Positions 26,830 through 43,400 are shown, counted from the first letter of the stretch. The stretch: 64,000 bases of DNA from Gordius albopunctatus (GCA_964276515.1 OZ193909.1:9176001-9240000), one strand, 5' to 3'. The notes: generated by a model from the sequence alone, not told the origin. A program made the numbers and translations.

Positions 26830-29800
26830 CTTTTACATAAAATAACAAAATATATATTTTTTAGCTCAAAATATTTAAAATTATTTCCATTAACACATAT
26901 TCATCCGATGAAAGTTGTTATTTTCAGACGTGATTTTCATGATAAGAAGTAAAAATTTATCACAATTAGATAACTATTACTTTGAATTAATCATCGCATA
27001 TAGCATGTTTCAAAAATTCAGCACTCTCGTCGCGATGAAACAAACTAATCGCAACAATATAACGTTGTCTTTACTCAAAATGATAGTTCTCGCATTTTAA
27101 AACTTCTTATAAGGAGTCAATCGAGATTAATAGGATTCTCAAATTAGCGTACTTTAATATATTTTTTCAAGTTCTTTTACATAAAATAACAAAATATATA
27201 TTTTTTATCTCAAAATATTTAAAATTATTTCCATTAACACATATTCATCCGATGAAAGTTGTTATTTTCAGACGTGTATTCCATATAAGAAGTAAAAATT
27301 TATCAGAATTATATAACTATCACTTTGAAATAATCATCGCATATAGCATGTTTCAAAAATTCAGAACTCTCGTCGCGATAAAACAAACTAATCGCAACAA
27401 TATAACGTTGTCTTTCATCAAAATGATAGTTCTCGCAGCTTAAAACTTCTTATAAGGAGTCGATCGAGATTAATAGGATTCTCAAATTAGCTTACTTTTA
27501 TATATTTTTTCAAGTTCTTTTACATAAAATAACAAAATATATATTTTTTAACTCAAAATATTTAAAATTATTTCCATTAACACATATTCATCCGATGAAA
27601 GTTGTTATTTTCAGACGTGATTTTCATGATAAGAAGTAAAAATTTATCACAATTAGATAACTATCACTTTGAAATTATCATCGCATATAGCATGTTTCAA
27701 AAATTCAGCACTCACGTCGCGATAAAACAAACTAATCGCAACAATATAACGTCGTCTTTCCTCAAAATGATAGTTCTCGCAGCTTAAAACTTCTTATAAG
27801 GAGTCGATCGAGATTATTAGGATTCTCAAATTAGCTTACTTTGATATATTTTTTCAAGTTCTTTTACATAAAATAACAAAATATATGTTTTTTAGCTCAA
27901 AATATTTAAAATTATTTCCATTAACACATATTCATCCGATGAAAGTTGTTACTTTCAGACGTGTATTCCATGATAAGAAGTAAAAATTTATGAGAATTAT
28001 ATAACTATCACTTTGAAATCATCATCGCATATAGCATGTTTTAAAAATTCAGCACTCTCGTCGCGATGAAACAAACTAATCGCAACAATATAACGTTGTC
28101 TTTCCTCAAAATGATAGTTCTCGCAGCTTAAAACTTCTTATAAGGAGTCGATCGCGATTAATAGGATTCTCAAATTAGCTTACTTATATATATATTTTTT
28201 CAAGTTCTTTTACATAAATTAACAAAAAATATATTTTTTAGCTCAAAATATTTCAAATTTTTTCCATTAAACCATATTCATCCGATGAAAGTTGTTACTT
28301 TCAGACGTGTATTCCATGATAAGAAGTAAAAATTTATGAGAATTATATAACTATCACTTTGAAATCATCATCGCATATAGCATGTTTTAAAAATTCAGCA
28401 CTCTCGTCGCGATGAAACAAACTAATCGCAACAATATAACGTTGTCTTTCCTCAAAATGATAGTTCTCGCAGCTTAAAACTTCTTATAAGGAGTCGATCG
28501 CGATTAATAGGATTCTCAAATTAGCTTACTTATATATATATTTTTTCAAGTTCTTTTACATAAATTAACAAAAAATATATTTTTTAGCTCAAAATATTTC
28601 AAATTTTTTCCATTAAACCATATTCATCCGATGAAAGTTGTTATTTTCAGATTGTATTCCATGATAAGAAGTAAAAATTTATCACAATTAGATAAATATT
28701 ACTTTGAAATAATCATCGCATATAGCATGTTTCAAAAATTCAGAACTCTCGTCGCGATAAAACAAACTAATCGCAACAATATAACGTCGTCTTTCCTCAA
28801 AATGATAGTTCTCGCAGCTTAAAACTTCTTATAAGGAGTCGATCGAGATTATTAGGATTCTCAAATTAGCTTACTTTGATATATTTTTTCAAGTTCTTTT
28901 ACATAAAATAACAAAATATATGTTTTTTAGCTCAAAATATTTAAAATTATTTCCATTAACACATATTCATCCGATGAAAGTTGTTATTTTCAGACGTGAT
29001 TTTCATGATAAGAAGTAAAAATTTATCACAATTAGATAACTATTACTTTGAATTAATCATCGCATATAGCATGTTTCAAAAATTCAGCACTCTCGTCGCG
29101 ATGAAACAAACTAATCGCAACAATATAACGTTGTCTTTACTCAAAATGATAGTTCTCGCATTTTAAAACTTCTTATAAGGAGTCAATCGAGATTAATAGG
29201 ATTCTCAAATTAGCGTACTTTAATATATTTTTTCAAGTTCTTTTACATAAAATAACAAAATATATATTTTTTATCTCAAAATATTTAAAATTATTTCCAT
29301 TAACACATATTCATCCGATGAAAGTTGTTATTTTCAGACGTGTATTCCATATAAGAAGTAAAAATTTATCAGAATTATATAACTATCACTTTGAAATAAT
29401 CATCGCATATAGCATGTTTCAAAAATTCAGAACTCTCGTCGCGATAAAACAAACTAATCGCAACAATATAACGTTGTCTTTCATCAAAATGATAGTTCTC
29501 GCAGCTTAAAACTTCTTATAAGGAGTCGATCGAGATTAATAGGATTCTCAAATTAGCTTACTTTTATATATTTTTTCAAGTTCTTTTACATAAAATAACA
29601 AAATATATATTTTTTAACTCAAAATATTTAAAATTATTTCCATTAACACATATTCATCCGATGAAAGTTGTTATTTTCAGACGTGATTTTCATGATAAGA
29701 AGTAAAAATTTATCACAATTAGATAACTATCACTTTGAAATTATCATCGCATATAGCATGTTTCAAAAATTCAGCACTCACGTCGCGATAAAACAAACTA

Positions 29801-30960
29801 ATCGCAACAATATAACGTCGTCTTTCCTCAAAATGATAGTTCTCGCAGCTTAAAACTTCTTATAAGGAGTCGATCGAGATTATTAGGATTCTCAAATTAG
29901 CTTACTTTGATATATTTTTTCAAGTTCTTTTACATAAAATAACAAAATATATGTTTTTTAGCTCAAAATATTTAAAATTATTTCCATTAACACATATTCA
30001 TCCGATGAAAGTTGTTACTTTCAGACGTGTATTCCATGATAAGAAGTAAAAATTTACGAGAATTATATAACTATCACTTTGAAATCATCATCGCATATAG
30101 CATGTTTTAAAAATTCAGCACTCTCGTCGCGATGAAACAAACTAATCGCAACAATATAACGTTGTCTTTCCTCAAAATGATAGTTCTCGCAGCTTAAAAC
30201 TTCTTATAAGGAGTCGATCGCGATTAATAGGATTCTCAAATTAGCTTACTTATATATATATTTTTTCAAGTTCTTTTACATAAATTAACAAAAAATATAT
30301 TTTTTAGCTCAAAATATTTCAAATTTTTTCCATTAAACCATATTCATCCGATGAAAGTTGTTACTTTCAGACGTGTATTCCATGATAAGAAGTAAAAATT
30401 TATGAGAATTATATAACTATCACTTTGAAATCATCATCGCATATAGCATGTTTTAAAAATTCAGCACTCTCGTCGCGATGAAACAAACTAATCGCAACAA
30501 TATAACGTTGTCTTTCCTCAAAATGATAGTTCTCGCAGCTTAAAACTTCTTATAAGGAGTCGATCGCGATTAATAGGATTCTCAAATTAGCTTACTTATA
30601 TATATATTTTTTCAAGTTCTTTTACATAAATTAACAAAAAATATATTTTTTAGCTCAAAATATTTCAAATTTTTTCCATTAAACCATATTCATCCGATGA
30701 AAGTTGTTATTTTCAGATTGTATTCCATGATAAGAAGTAAAAATTTATCACAATTAGATAAATATTACTTTGAAATAATCATCGCATATAGCATGTTTCA
30801 AAAATTCAGAACTCTCGTCGCGATAAAACAAACTAATCGCAACAATATAACGTCGTCTTTCCTCAAAATGATAGTTCTCGCAGCTTAAAACTTCTTATAA
30901 GGAGTCGATCGAGATTATTAGGATTCTCAAATTAGCTTACTTTGATATATTTTTTCAAGT
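26830..30960 (+). repeat. Tandem hexamer duplication (2066 bp x 2) in subfamily B
   Basis: ORF pairs 26915/28981, 27252/29318, 27602/29668 and 28631/30697 all have offset 2066. The private variant TTTTTTAACTCAAAA lies at 27551 and 29617. Confidence 0.88.
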
Positions 30961-33900
30961 TCTTTTACATAAAATAACAAAATATATGTTTTTTAGCTCA
31001 AAATATTTAAAATTATTTCCATTAACACATATTCATCCGATGAAAGTTGTTACTTTCAGACGTGTATTCCATGATAAGAAGTAAAAATTTATGAGAATTA
31101 TATAACTATCACTTTGAAATCATCATCGCATATAGCATGTTTTAAAAATTCAGCACTCTCGTCGCGATGAAACAAACTAATCGCAACAATATAACGTTGT
31201 CTTTCCTCAAAATGATAGTTCTCGCAGCTTAAAACTTCTTATAAGGAGTCGATAGCGATTAATAGGATTCTCAAATTAGCTTACTTATATATATATTTTT
31301 TCAAGTTCTTTTACATAAATTAACAAAAAATATATTTTTTAGCTCAAAATATTTCAAATTTTTTCCATTAAACCATATTCATCCGATGAAAGTTGTTATT
31401 TTCAGATTGTATTCCATGATAAGAAGTAAAAATTTATCACAATTAGATAAATATTACTTTGAAATAATCATCGCATATAGCATGTTTCAAAAATTCAGAA
31501 CTCTCGTCGCGATAAAACAAACTAATCGCAACAATATAACGTTGTCTTTCATCAAAATGATAGTTCTCGCAGCTTAAAACTTCTTATAAGGAGTCGATCG
31601 AGATTAATAGGATTCTCAAATTAGCTTACTTTTATATATTTTTCCAAGATCTTTTACATCAAATAACAAAACATATATTTTTTTAGCTCAAAATATTTAA
31701 AATTATTTCCATTAACACATATTCATCCGATGAAAGTTGTTATTTTCAGACGTGTATTCCATGATAAGAAGTAAAAATTTATCAGAATTAAATAACTATC
31801 ACTTTGAAATCATCATCGCATATAGCATGTTTTAAAAATTCAGCACTCACGTCGCGATAAAACAAACTAATCGCAACAATATAACGTCGTCTTTCCTCAA
31901 AATGATAGTTCTCGCAGCTTAAAACTTCTTATAAGGAGTCGATCGAGATTATTAGGATTCTCAAATTAGCTTACTTATATATATATTTTTTCAAGTTCTT
32001 TTACATAAATTAACAAAAAATATATTTTTTAGCTCAAAATATTTAAAATTATTTCCATTAACACATATTCATCCGATGAAAGTTGTTATTTTCAGACGTG
32101 TATTCCATATAAGAAGTAAAAATTTATCAGAATTATATAACTATCACTTTGAAATCATCATCGCATATAGCATGTTTTAAAAATTCAGCACTCTCATCGC
32201 GATGAAACAAACTAATCGCAACAATATAACGTTGTCTTTCCTCAAAATGATAGTTCTCGCAGCTTAAAACTTCTTATAAGGAGTCGATCGCGATTAATAG
32301 GATTCTCAAATTAGCTTACTTATATATATATTTTTTCAAGTTCTTTTACATAAATTAACAAAAAATATATTTTTTAGCTCAAAATATTTCAAATTTTTTC
32401 CATTAAACCATATTCATCCGATGAAAGTTGTTATTTTCAGATTGTATTCCATGATAAGAAGTAAAAATTTATCACAATTAGATAAATATTACTTTGAAAT
32501 AATCATCGCATATAGCATGTTTCAAAAATTCAGAACTCTCGTCGCGATAAAACAAACTAATCGCAACAATATAACGTCGTCTTTCCTCAAAATGATAGTT
32601 CTCGCAGCTTAAAACTTCTTATAAGGAGTCGATCGAGATTATTAGGATTCTCAAATTAGCTTACTTATATATATATTTTTTCAAGTTCTTTTACATAAAA
32701 TAACAAAATATATATTTTTTATCTCAAAATATTTAAAATTATTTCCATTAACACATATTCATCCGATGAAAGTTGTTATTTTCAGACGTGATTTTCATGA
32801 TAAGAAGTAAAAATTTATCACAATTAGATAACTATTACTTTGAATTAATCATCGCATATAGCATGTTTCAAAAATTCAGCACTCTCGTCGCGATGAAACA
32901 AACTAATGGCAACAATATAACGTTGTCTTTCCTCAAAATGATAGTTCTCGCATTTTAAAACTTCTTATAAGGAGTCAATCGAGATTAATAGGATTCTCAA
33001 ATTAGCGTACTTTAATATATTTTTTCAAGTTCTTTTACATAAAATAACAAAATATATATTTTTTAGCTCAAAATATTTAAAATTATTTCCATTAACACAT
33101 ATTCATCCGATGAAAGTTGTTATTTTCAGACGTGTATTCCATATAAGAAGTAAAAATTTATCAGAATTATATAACTATCACTTTGAAATCATCATCGCAT
33201 ATAGCATGTTTTAAAAATTCAGCACTCTCATCGCGATGAAACAAACTAATCGCAACAATATAACGTTGTCTTTCATCAAAATGATAGTTCTCGCATTTTA
33301 AAACTTCTTATAAGGAGTCGATCGAGATTAATAGGATTCTCAAATTAGCGTACTTTAATATATTTTTTCAAGTTCTTTTACATAAAATAACAAAATATAT
33401 ATTTTTTATCTCAAAATATTTAAAATTATTTCCATTAACACATATTCATCCGATGAAAGTTGTTATTTTCAGACGTGTATTCCATGATAAGAAGTAAAAA
33501 TTTATCAGAATTAAATAACTATCACTTTGAAATCATCATCGCATATAGCATGTTTTAAAAATTCAGCACTCACGTCGCGATAAAACAAACTAATCGCAAC
33601 AATATAACGTCGTCTTTCCTCAAAATGATAGTTCTCGCAGGTTAAAACTTCTTATAAGGAGTCGATCGAGATTATTAGGATTCTCAAATTAGCTTACTTA
33701 TATATATATTTTTTCAAGTTCTTTTACATAAAATAACAAAATATATATTTTTTATCTCAAAATATTTAAAATTTTTTCCATTAACACATATTCATCCGAT
33801 GAAAGTTGTTATTTTCAGACGTGTATTCCATATAAGAAGTAAAAATTTATCAGAATTATATAACTATCACTTTGAAATAATCATCGCATATAGCATGTTT

Positions 33901-36799
33901 CAAAAATTCAGAACTCTCGTCGCGATAAAACAAACTAATCGCAACAATATAACGTTGTCTTTCATCAAAATGATAGTTCTCGCAGCTTAAAACTTCTTAT
34001 AAGGAGTCGATCGAGATTAATAGGATTCTCAAATTAGCTTACTTTTATATATTTTTTCAAGTTCTTTTACATAAAATAACAAAATATATATTTTTTAGCT
34101 CAAAATATTTAAAATTATTTCCATTAACACATATTCATCCGATGAAAGTTGTTATTTTCAGACGTGATTTTCATGATAAGAAGTAAAAATTTATCACAAT
34201 TAGATAACTATCACTTTGAAATTATCATCGCATATAGCATGTTTCAAAAATTCAGCACTCACGTCGCGATAAAACAAACTAATCGCAACAATATAACGTC
34301 GTCTTTCCTCAAAATGATAGTTCTCGCAGCTTAAAACTTCTTATAAGGAGTCGATCGAGATTATTAGGATTCTCAAATTAGCTTACTTTGATATATTTTT
34401 TCAAGTTCTTTTACATAAAATAACAAAATATATGTTTTTTAGCTCAAAATATTTAAAATTATTTCCATTAACACATATTCATCCGATGAAAGTTGTTACT
34501 TTCAGACGTGTATTCCATGATAAGAAGTAAAAATTTATGAGAATTATATAACTATCACTTTGAAATCATCATCGCATATAGCATGTTTTAAAAATTCAGC
34601 ACTCTCGTCGCGATGAAACAAACTAATCGCAACAATATAACGTTGTCTTTCCTCAAAATGATAGTTCTCGCAGCTTAAAACTTCTTATAAGGAGTCGATC
34701 GCGATTAATAGGATTCTCAAATTAGCTTACTTATATATATATTTTTTCAAGTTCTTTTACATAAATTAACAAAAAATATATTTTTTAGCTCAAAATATTT
34801 CAAATTTTTTCCATTAAACCATATTCATCCGATGAAAGTTGTTATTTTCAGATTGTATTCCATGATAAGAAGTAAAAATTTATCACAATTAGATAAATAT
34901 TACTTTGAAATAATCATCGCATATAGCATGTTTCAAAAATTCAGAACTCTCGTCGCGATAAAACAAACTAATCGCAACAATATAACGTCGTCTTTCCTCA
35001 AAATGATAGTTCTCGCAGCTTAAAACTTCTTATAAGGAGTCGATCGAGATTATTAGGATTCTCAAATTAGCTTACTTTGATATATTTTTTCAAGTTCTTT
35101 TACATAAAATAACAAAATATATGTTTTTTAGCTCAAAATATTTAAAATTATTTCCATTAACACATATTCATCCGATGAAAGTTGTTACTTTCAGACGTGT
35201 ATTCCATGATAAGAAGTAAAAATTTATGAGAATTATATAACTATCACTTTGAAATCATCATCGCATATAGCATGTTTTAAAAATTCAGCACTCTCGTCGC
35301 GATGAAACAAACTAATCGCAACAATATAACGTTGTCTTTCCTCAAAATGATAGTTCTCGCAGCTTAAAACTTCTTATAAGGAGTCGATCGCGATTAATAG
35401 GATTCTCAAATTAGCTTACTTATATATATATTTTTTCAAGTTCTTTTACATAAATTAACAAAAAATATATTTTTTAGCTCAAAATATTTCAAATTTTTTC
35501 CATTAAACCATATTCATCCGATGAAAGTTGTTATTTTCAGATTGTATTCCATGATAAGAAGTAAAAATTTATCACAATTAGATAAATATTACTTTGAAAT
35601 AATCATCGCATATAGCATGTTTCAAAAATTCAGAACTCTCGTCGCGATAAAACAAACTAATCGCAACAATATAACGTTGTCTTTCATCAAAATGATAGTT
35701 CTCGCAGCTTAAAACTTCTTATAAGGAGTCGATCGAGATTAATAGGATTCTCAAATTAGCTTGCTTTTATATATTTTTCCAAGATCTTTTACATCAAATA
35801 ACAAAACATATATTTTTTTAGCTCAAAATATTTAAAATTATTTCCATTAACACATATTCATCCGATGAAAGTTGTTATTTTCAGACGTGTATTCCATGAT
35901 AAGAAGTAAAAATTTATCAGAATTAAATAACTATCACTTTGAAATTATCATCGCATATAGCATGTTTCAAAAATTCAGCACTCACGTCGCGATAAAACAA
36001 ACTAATCGCAACAATATAACGTCGTCTTTCCTCAAAATGATAGTTCTCGCAGCTTAAAACTTCTTATAAGGAGTCGATCGAGATTATTAGGATTCTCAAA
36101 TTAGCTTACTTTGATATATTTTTTCAAGTTCTTTTACATAAAATAACAAAATATATGTTTTTTAGCTCAAAATATTTCAAATTTTTTCCATTAAACCATA
36201 TTCATCCGATGAAAGTTGTTATTTTCAGATTGTATTCCATGATAAGAAGTAAAAATTTATCACAATTAGATAAATATTACTTTGAAATAATCATCGCATA
36301 TAGCATGTTTCAAAAATTCAGAACTCTCGTCGCGATAAAACAAACTAATCGCAACAATATAACGTTGTCTTTCATCAAAATGATAGTTCTCGCAGCTTAA
36401 AACTTCTTATAAGGAGTCGATCGAGATTAATAGGATTCTCAAATTAGCTTACTTTTATATATTTTTCCAAGATCTTTTACATCAAATAACAAAACATATA
36501 TTTTTTTAGCTCAAAATATTTAAAATTATTTCCATTAACACATATTCATCCGATGAAAGTTGTTATTTTCAGACGTGTATTCCATGATAAGAAGTAAAAA
36601 TTTATCAGAATTAAATAACTATCACTTTGAAATCATCATCGCATATAGCATGTTTTAAAAATTCAGCACTCTCGTCGCGATGAAACAAACTAATCGCAAC
36701 AATATAACGTTGTCTTTCCTCAAAATGATAGTTCTCGCAGCTTAAAACTTCTTATAAGGAGTCGATCGAGATTAATAGGATTCTCAAATTAGCTTACTT

Positions 36800-39700
36800 T
36801 TATATATTTTTTCAAGTTCTTTTACATAAAATAACAAAATATATATTTTTTAGCTCAAAATATTTAAAATTATTTCCATTAACACATATTCATCCGATGA
36901 AAGTTGTTATTTTCAGACGTGATTTTCATGATAAGAAGTAAAAATTTATCACAATTAGATAACTATCACTTTGAAATTATCATCGCATATAGCATGTTTC
37001 AAAAATTCAGCACTCACGTCGCGATAAAACAAACTAATCGCAACAATATAACGTCGTCTTTCCTCAAAATGATAGTTCTCGCAGCTTAAAACTTCTTATA
37101 AGGAGTCGATCGAGATTATTAGGATTCTCAAATTAGCTTGCTTTTATATATTTTTCCAAGATCTTTTACATCAAATAACAAAACATATATTTTTTTAGCT
37201 CAAAATATTTAAAATTATTTCCATTAACACATATTCATCCGATGAAAGTTGTTATTTTCAGACGTGTATTCCATGATAAGAAGTAAAAATTTATCAGAAT
37301 TAAATAACTATCACTTTGAAATTATCATCGCATATAGCATGTTTCAAAAATTCAGCACTCACGTCGCGATAAAACAAACTAATCGCAACAATATAACGTC
37401 GTCTTTCCTCAAAATGATAGTTCTCGCAGCTTAAAACTTCTTATAAGGAGTCGATCGAGATTATTAGGATTCTCAAATTAGCTTACTTTTATATATTTTT
37501 TCAAGATCTTTTACATCAAATAACAAAACATATATTTTTTTAGCTCAAAATATTTAAAATTATTTCCATTAACACATATTCATCCGATGAAAGTTGTTAT
37601 TTTCAGACGTGTATTCCATGATAAGAAGTAAAAATTTATCACAATTAGATAAATATTACTTTGAAATAATCATCGCATATAGCATGTTTCAAAAATTCAG
37701 AACTCTCGTCGCGATAAAACAAACTAATCGCAACAATATAACGTCGTCTTTCCTCAAAATGATAGTTCTCGCAGCTTAAAACTTCTTATAAGGAGTCGAT
37801 CGAGATTATTAGGATTCTCAAATTAGCTTACTTTTATATATTTTTCCAAGATCTTTTACATCAAATAACAAAACATATATTTTTTTAGCTCAAAATATTT
37901 AAAATTATTTCCATTAACACATATTCATCCGATGAAAGTTGTTATTTTCAGACGTGTATTCCATGATAAGAAGTAAAAATTTATCAGAATTAAATAACTA
38001 TCACTTTGAAATCATCATCGCATATAGCATGTTTTAAAAATTCAGCACTCACGTCGCGATAAAACAAACTAATCGCAACAATATAACGTCGTCTTTCCTC
38101 AAAATGATAGTTCTCGCAGCTTAAAACTTCTTATAAGGAGTCGATCGAGATTAATAGGATTCTCAAATTAGCTTACTTTTATATATTTTTCCAAGATCTT
38201 TTACATCAAATAACAAAACATATATTTTTTTAGCTCAAAATATTTAAAATTATTTCCATTAACACATATTCATCCGATGAAAGTTGTTATTTTCAGACGT
38301 GTATTCCATGATAAGAAGTAAAAATTTATCAGAATTAAATAACTATCACTTTGAAATCATCATCGCATATAGCATGTTTTAAAAATTCAGCACTCTCGTC
38401 GCGATGAAACAAACTAATCGCAACAATATAACGTTGTCTTTCCTCAAAATGATAGTTCTCGCAGCTTAAAACTTCTTATAAGGAGTCGATCGAGATTATT
38501 AGGATTCTCAAATTAGCTTGCTTTTATATATTTTTCCAAGATCTTTTACATCAAATAACAAAACATATATTTTTTTAGCTCAAAATATTTAAAATTATTT
38601 CCATTAACACATATTCATCCGATGAAAGTTGTTATTTTCAGACGTGTATTCCATGATAAGAAGTAAAAATTTATCAGAATTAAATAACTATCACTTTGAA
38701 ATCATCATCGCAAATAGCATGTTTTAAAAATTCAGCACTCACGTCGCGATAAAACAAACTAATCGCAACAATATAACGTCGTCTTTCCTCAAAATGATAG
38801 TTCTCGCAGCTTAAAACTTCTTATAAGGAGTCGATCGAGATTATTAGGATTCTCAAATTAGCTTACTTTTATATATTTTTTCAAGTTCTTTTACATAAAA
38901 TAACAAAATATATATTTTTTAGCTCAAAATATTTAAAATTATTTCCATTAACACATATTCATCCGATGAAAGTTGTTATTTTCAGACGTGATTTTCATGA
39001 TAAGAAGTAAAAATTTATCACAATTAGATAACTATCACTTTGAAATTATCATCGCATATAGCATGTTTCAAAAATTCAGCACTCACGTCGCGATAAAACA
39101 AACTAATCGCAACAATATAACGTCGTCTTTCCTCAAAATGATAGTTCTCGCAGCTTAAAACTTCTTATAAGGAGTCGATCGAGATTAATAGGATTCTCAA
39201 ATTAGCTTACTTTTATATATTTTTCCAAGATCTTTTACATCAAATAACAAAACATATATTTTTTTAGCTCAAAATATTTAAAATTATTTCCATTAACACA
39301 TATTCATCCGATGAAAGTTGTTATTTTCAGACGTGTATTCCATGATAAGAAGTAAAAATTTATCAGAATTAAATAACTATCACTTTGAAATTATCATCGC
39401 ATATAGCATGTTTCAAAAATTCAGCACTCACGTCGCGATAAAACAAACTAATCGCAACAATATAACGTCGTCTTTCCTCAAAATGATAGTTCTCGCAGCT
39501 TAAAACTTCTTATAAGGAGTCGATCGAGATTAATAGGATTCTCAAATTAGCTTACTTTTATATATTTTTCCAAGATCTTTTACATCAAATAACAAAACAT
39601 ATATTTTTTTAGCTCAAAATATTTAAAATTATTTCCATTAACACATATTCATCCGATGAAAGTTGTTATTTTCAGACGTGTATTCCATGATAAGAAGTAA

Positions 39701-42700
39701 AAATTTATCAGAATTAAATAACTATCACTTTGAAATCATCATCGCATATAGCATGTTTTAAAAATTCAGCACTCTCGTCGCGATAAAACAAACTAATCGC
39801 AACAATATAACGTCGTCTTTCCTCAAAATGATAGTTCTCGCAGCTTAAAACTTCTTATAAGGAGTCGATCGAGATTAATAGGATTCTCAAATTAGCTTAC
39901 TTTTATATATTTTTCCAAGATCTTTTACATCAAATAACAAAACATATATTTTTTTAGCTCAAAATATTTAAAATTATTTCCATTAACACATATTCATCCG
40001 ATGAAAGTTGTTATTTTCAGACGTGTATTCCATGATAAGAAGTAAAAATTTATCAGAATTAAATAACTATCACTTTGAAATCATCATCGCATATAGCATG
40101 TTTTAAAAATTCAGCACTCTCGTCGCGATGAAACAAACTAATCGCAACAATATAACGTCGTCTTTCCTCAAAATGATAGTTCTCGCAGCTTAAAACTTCT
40201 TATAAGGAGTCGATCGAGATTAATAGGATTCTCAAATTAGCTTACTTTTATATATTTTTCCAAGATCTTTTACATCAAATAACAAAACATATATTTTTTT
40301 AGCTCAAAATATTTAAAATTATTTCCATTAACACATATTCATCCGATGAAAGTTGTTATTTTCAGACGTGTATTCCATGATAAGAAGTAAAAATTTATCA
40401 GAATTAAATAACTATCACTTTGAAATCATCATCGCATATAGCATGTTTTAAAAATTCAGCACTCTCGTCGCGATGAAACAAACTAATCGCAACAATATAA
40501 CGTTGTCTTTCCTCAAAATGATAGTTCTCGCAGCTTAAAACTTCTTATAAGGAGTCGATCGAGATTATTAGGATTCTCAAATTAGCTTGCTTTTATATAT
40601 TTTTCCAAGATCTTTTACATCAAATAACAAAACATATATTTTTTTAGCTCAAAATATTTAAAATTATTTCCATTAACACATATTCATCCGATGAAAGTTG
40701 TTATTTTCAGACGTGTATTCCATGATAAGAAGTAAAAATTTATCAGAATTAAATAACTATCACTTTGAAATCATCATCGCAAATAGCATGTTTTAAAAAT
40801 TCAGCACTCACGTCGCGATAAAACAAACTAATCGCAACAATATAACGTCGTCTTTCCTCAAAATGATAGTTCTCGCAGCTTAAAACTTCTTATAAGGAGT
40901 CGATCGAGATTATTAGGATTCTCAAATTAGCTTACTTTTATATATTTTTTCAAGTTCTTTTACATAAAATAACAAAATATATATTTTTTAGCTCAAAATA
41001 TTTAAAATTATTTCCATTAACACATATTCATCCGATGAAAGTTGTTATTTTCAGACGTGATTTTCATGATAAGAAGTAAAAATTTATCACAATTAGATAA
41101 CTATCACTTTGAAATTATCATCGCATATAGCATGTTTCAAAAATTCAGCACTCACGTCGCGATAAAACAAACTAATCGCAACAATATAACGTCGTCTTTC
41201 CTCAAAATGATAGTTCTCGCAGCTTAAAACTTCTTATAAGGAGTCGATCGAGATTAATAGGATTCTCAAATTAGCTTACTTTTATATATTTTTCCAAGAT
41301 CTTTTACATCAAATAACAAAACATATATTTTTTTAGCTCAAAATATTTAAAATTATTTCCATTAACACATATTCATCCGATGAAAGTTGTTATTTTCAGA
41401 CGTGTATTCCATGATAAGAAGTAAAAATTTATCAGAATTAAATAACTATCACTTTGAAATCATCATCGCATATAGCATGTTTTAAAAATTCAGCACTCTC
41501 GTCGCGATGAAACAAACTAATCGCAACAATATAACGTCGTCTTTCCTCAAAATGATAGTTCTCGCAGCTTAAAACTTCTTATAAGGAGTCGATAGCGATT
41601 AATAGGATTCTCAAATTAGCTTACTTATATATATATTTTTTCAAGTTCTTTTACATAAATTAACAAAAAATATATTTTTTAGCTCAAAATATTTAAAATT
41701 ATTTCCATTAACACATATTCATCCGATGAAAGTTGTTATTTTCAGACGTGATTTTCATGATAAGAAGTAAAAATTTATCACAATTAGATAACTATCACTT
41801 TGAAATTATCATCGCATATAGCATGTTTCAAAAATTCAGCACTCACGTCGCGATAAAACAAACTAATCGCAACAATATAACGTCGTCTTTCCTCAAAATG
41901 ATAGTTCTCGCAGCTTAAAACTTCTTATAAGGAGTCGATCGAGATTATTAGGATTCTCAAATTAGCTTACTTTTATATATTTTTTCAAGTTCTTTTACAT
42001 AAAATAACAAAATATATATTTTTTAGCTCAAAATATTTAAAATTATTTCCATTAACACATATTCATCCGATGAAAGTTGTTATTTTCAGACGTGTATTCC
42101 ATGATAAGAAGTAAAAATTTATCAGAATTAAATAACTATCACTTTGAAATCATCATCGCATATAGCATGTTTTAAAAATTCAGCACTCACGTCGCGATAA
42201 AACAAACTAATCGCAACAATATAACGTCGTCTTTCCTCAAAATGATAGTTCTCGCAGCTTAAAACTTCTTATAAGGAGTCGATCGAGATTAATAGGATTC
42301 TCAAATTAGCTTACTTTTATATATTTTTCCAAGATCTTTTACATCAAATAACAAAACATATATTTTTTTAGCTCAAAATATTTAAAATTATTTCCATTAA
42401 CACATATTCATCCGATGAAAGTTGTTATTTTCAGACGTGTATTCCATGATAAGAAGTAAAAATTTATCAGAATTAAATAACTATCACTTTGAAATCATCA
42501 TCGCATATAGCATGTTTTAAAAATTCAGCACTCTCGTCGCGATGAAACAAACTAATCGCAACAATATAACGTTGTCTTTCCTCAAAATGATAGTTCTCGC
42601 AGCTTAAAACTTCTTATAAGGAGTCGATCGAGATTATTAGGATTCTCAAATTAGCTTGCTTTTATATATTTTTCCAAGATCTTTTACATCAAATAACAAA

Positions 42701-43400
42701 ACATATATTTTTTTAGCTCAAAATATTTAAAATTATTTCCATTAACACATATTCATCCGATGAAAGTTGTTATTTTCAGACGTGTATTCCATGATAAGAA
42801 GTAAAAATTTATCAGAATTAAATAACTATCACTTTGAAATCATCATCGCAAATAGCATGTTTTAAAAATTCAGCACTCACGTCGCGATAAAACAAACTAA
42901 TCGCAACAATATAACGTCGTCTTTCCTCAAAATGATAGTTCTCGCAGCTTAAAACTTCTTATAAGGAGTCGATCGAGATTATTAGGATTCTCAAATTAGC
43001 TTACTTTTATATATTTTTTCAAGTTCTTTTACATAAAATAACAAAATATATATTTTTTAGCTCAAAATATTTAAAATTATTTCCATTAACACATATTCAT
43101 CCGATGAAAGTTGTTATTTTCAGACGTGATTTTCATGATAAGAAGTAAAAATTTATCACAATTAGATAACTATCACTTTGAAATTATCATCGCATATAGC
43201 ATGTTTCAAAAATTCAGCACTCACGTCGCGATAAAACAAACTAATCGCAACAATATAACGTCGTCTTTCCTCAAAATGATAGTTCTCGCAGCTTAAAACT
43301 TCTTATAAGGAGTCGATCGAGATTATTAGGATTCTCAAATTAGCTTGCTTTTATATATTTTTCCAAGATCTTTTACATCAAATAACAAAACATATATTTT
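36800..43400 (+). repeat. Imperfect hexamer periodicity (2069 bp) within a homogenised sub-domain
   Basis: The same monomer type lies at 36904, 38973, 41042 and 43111 (steps of 2069). The private variant ATCGCAAATAG lies at 38713, 40782 and 42851. Confidence 0.8.
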
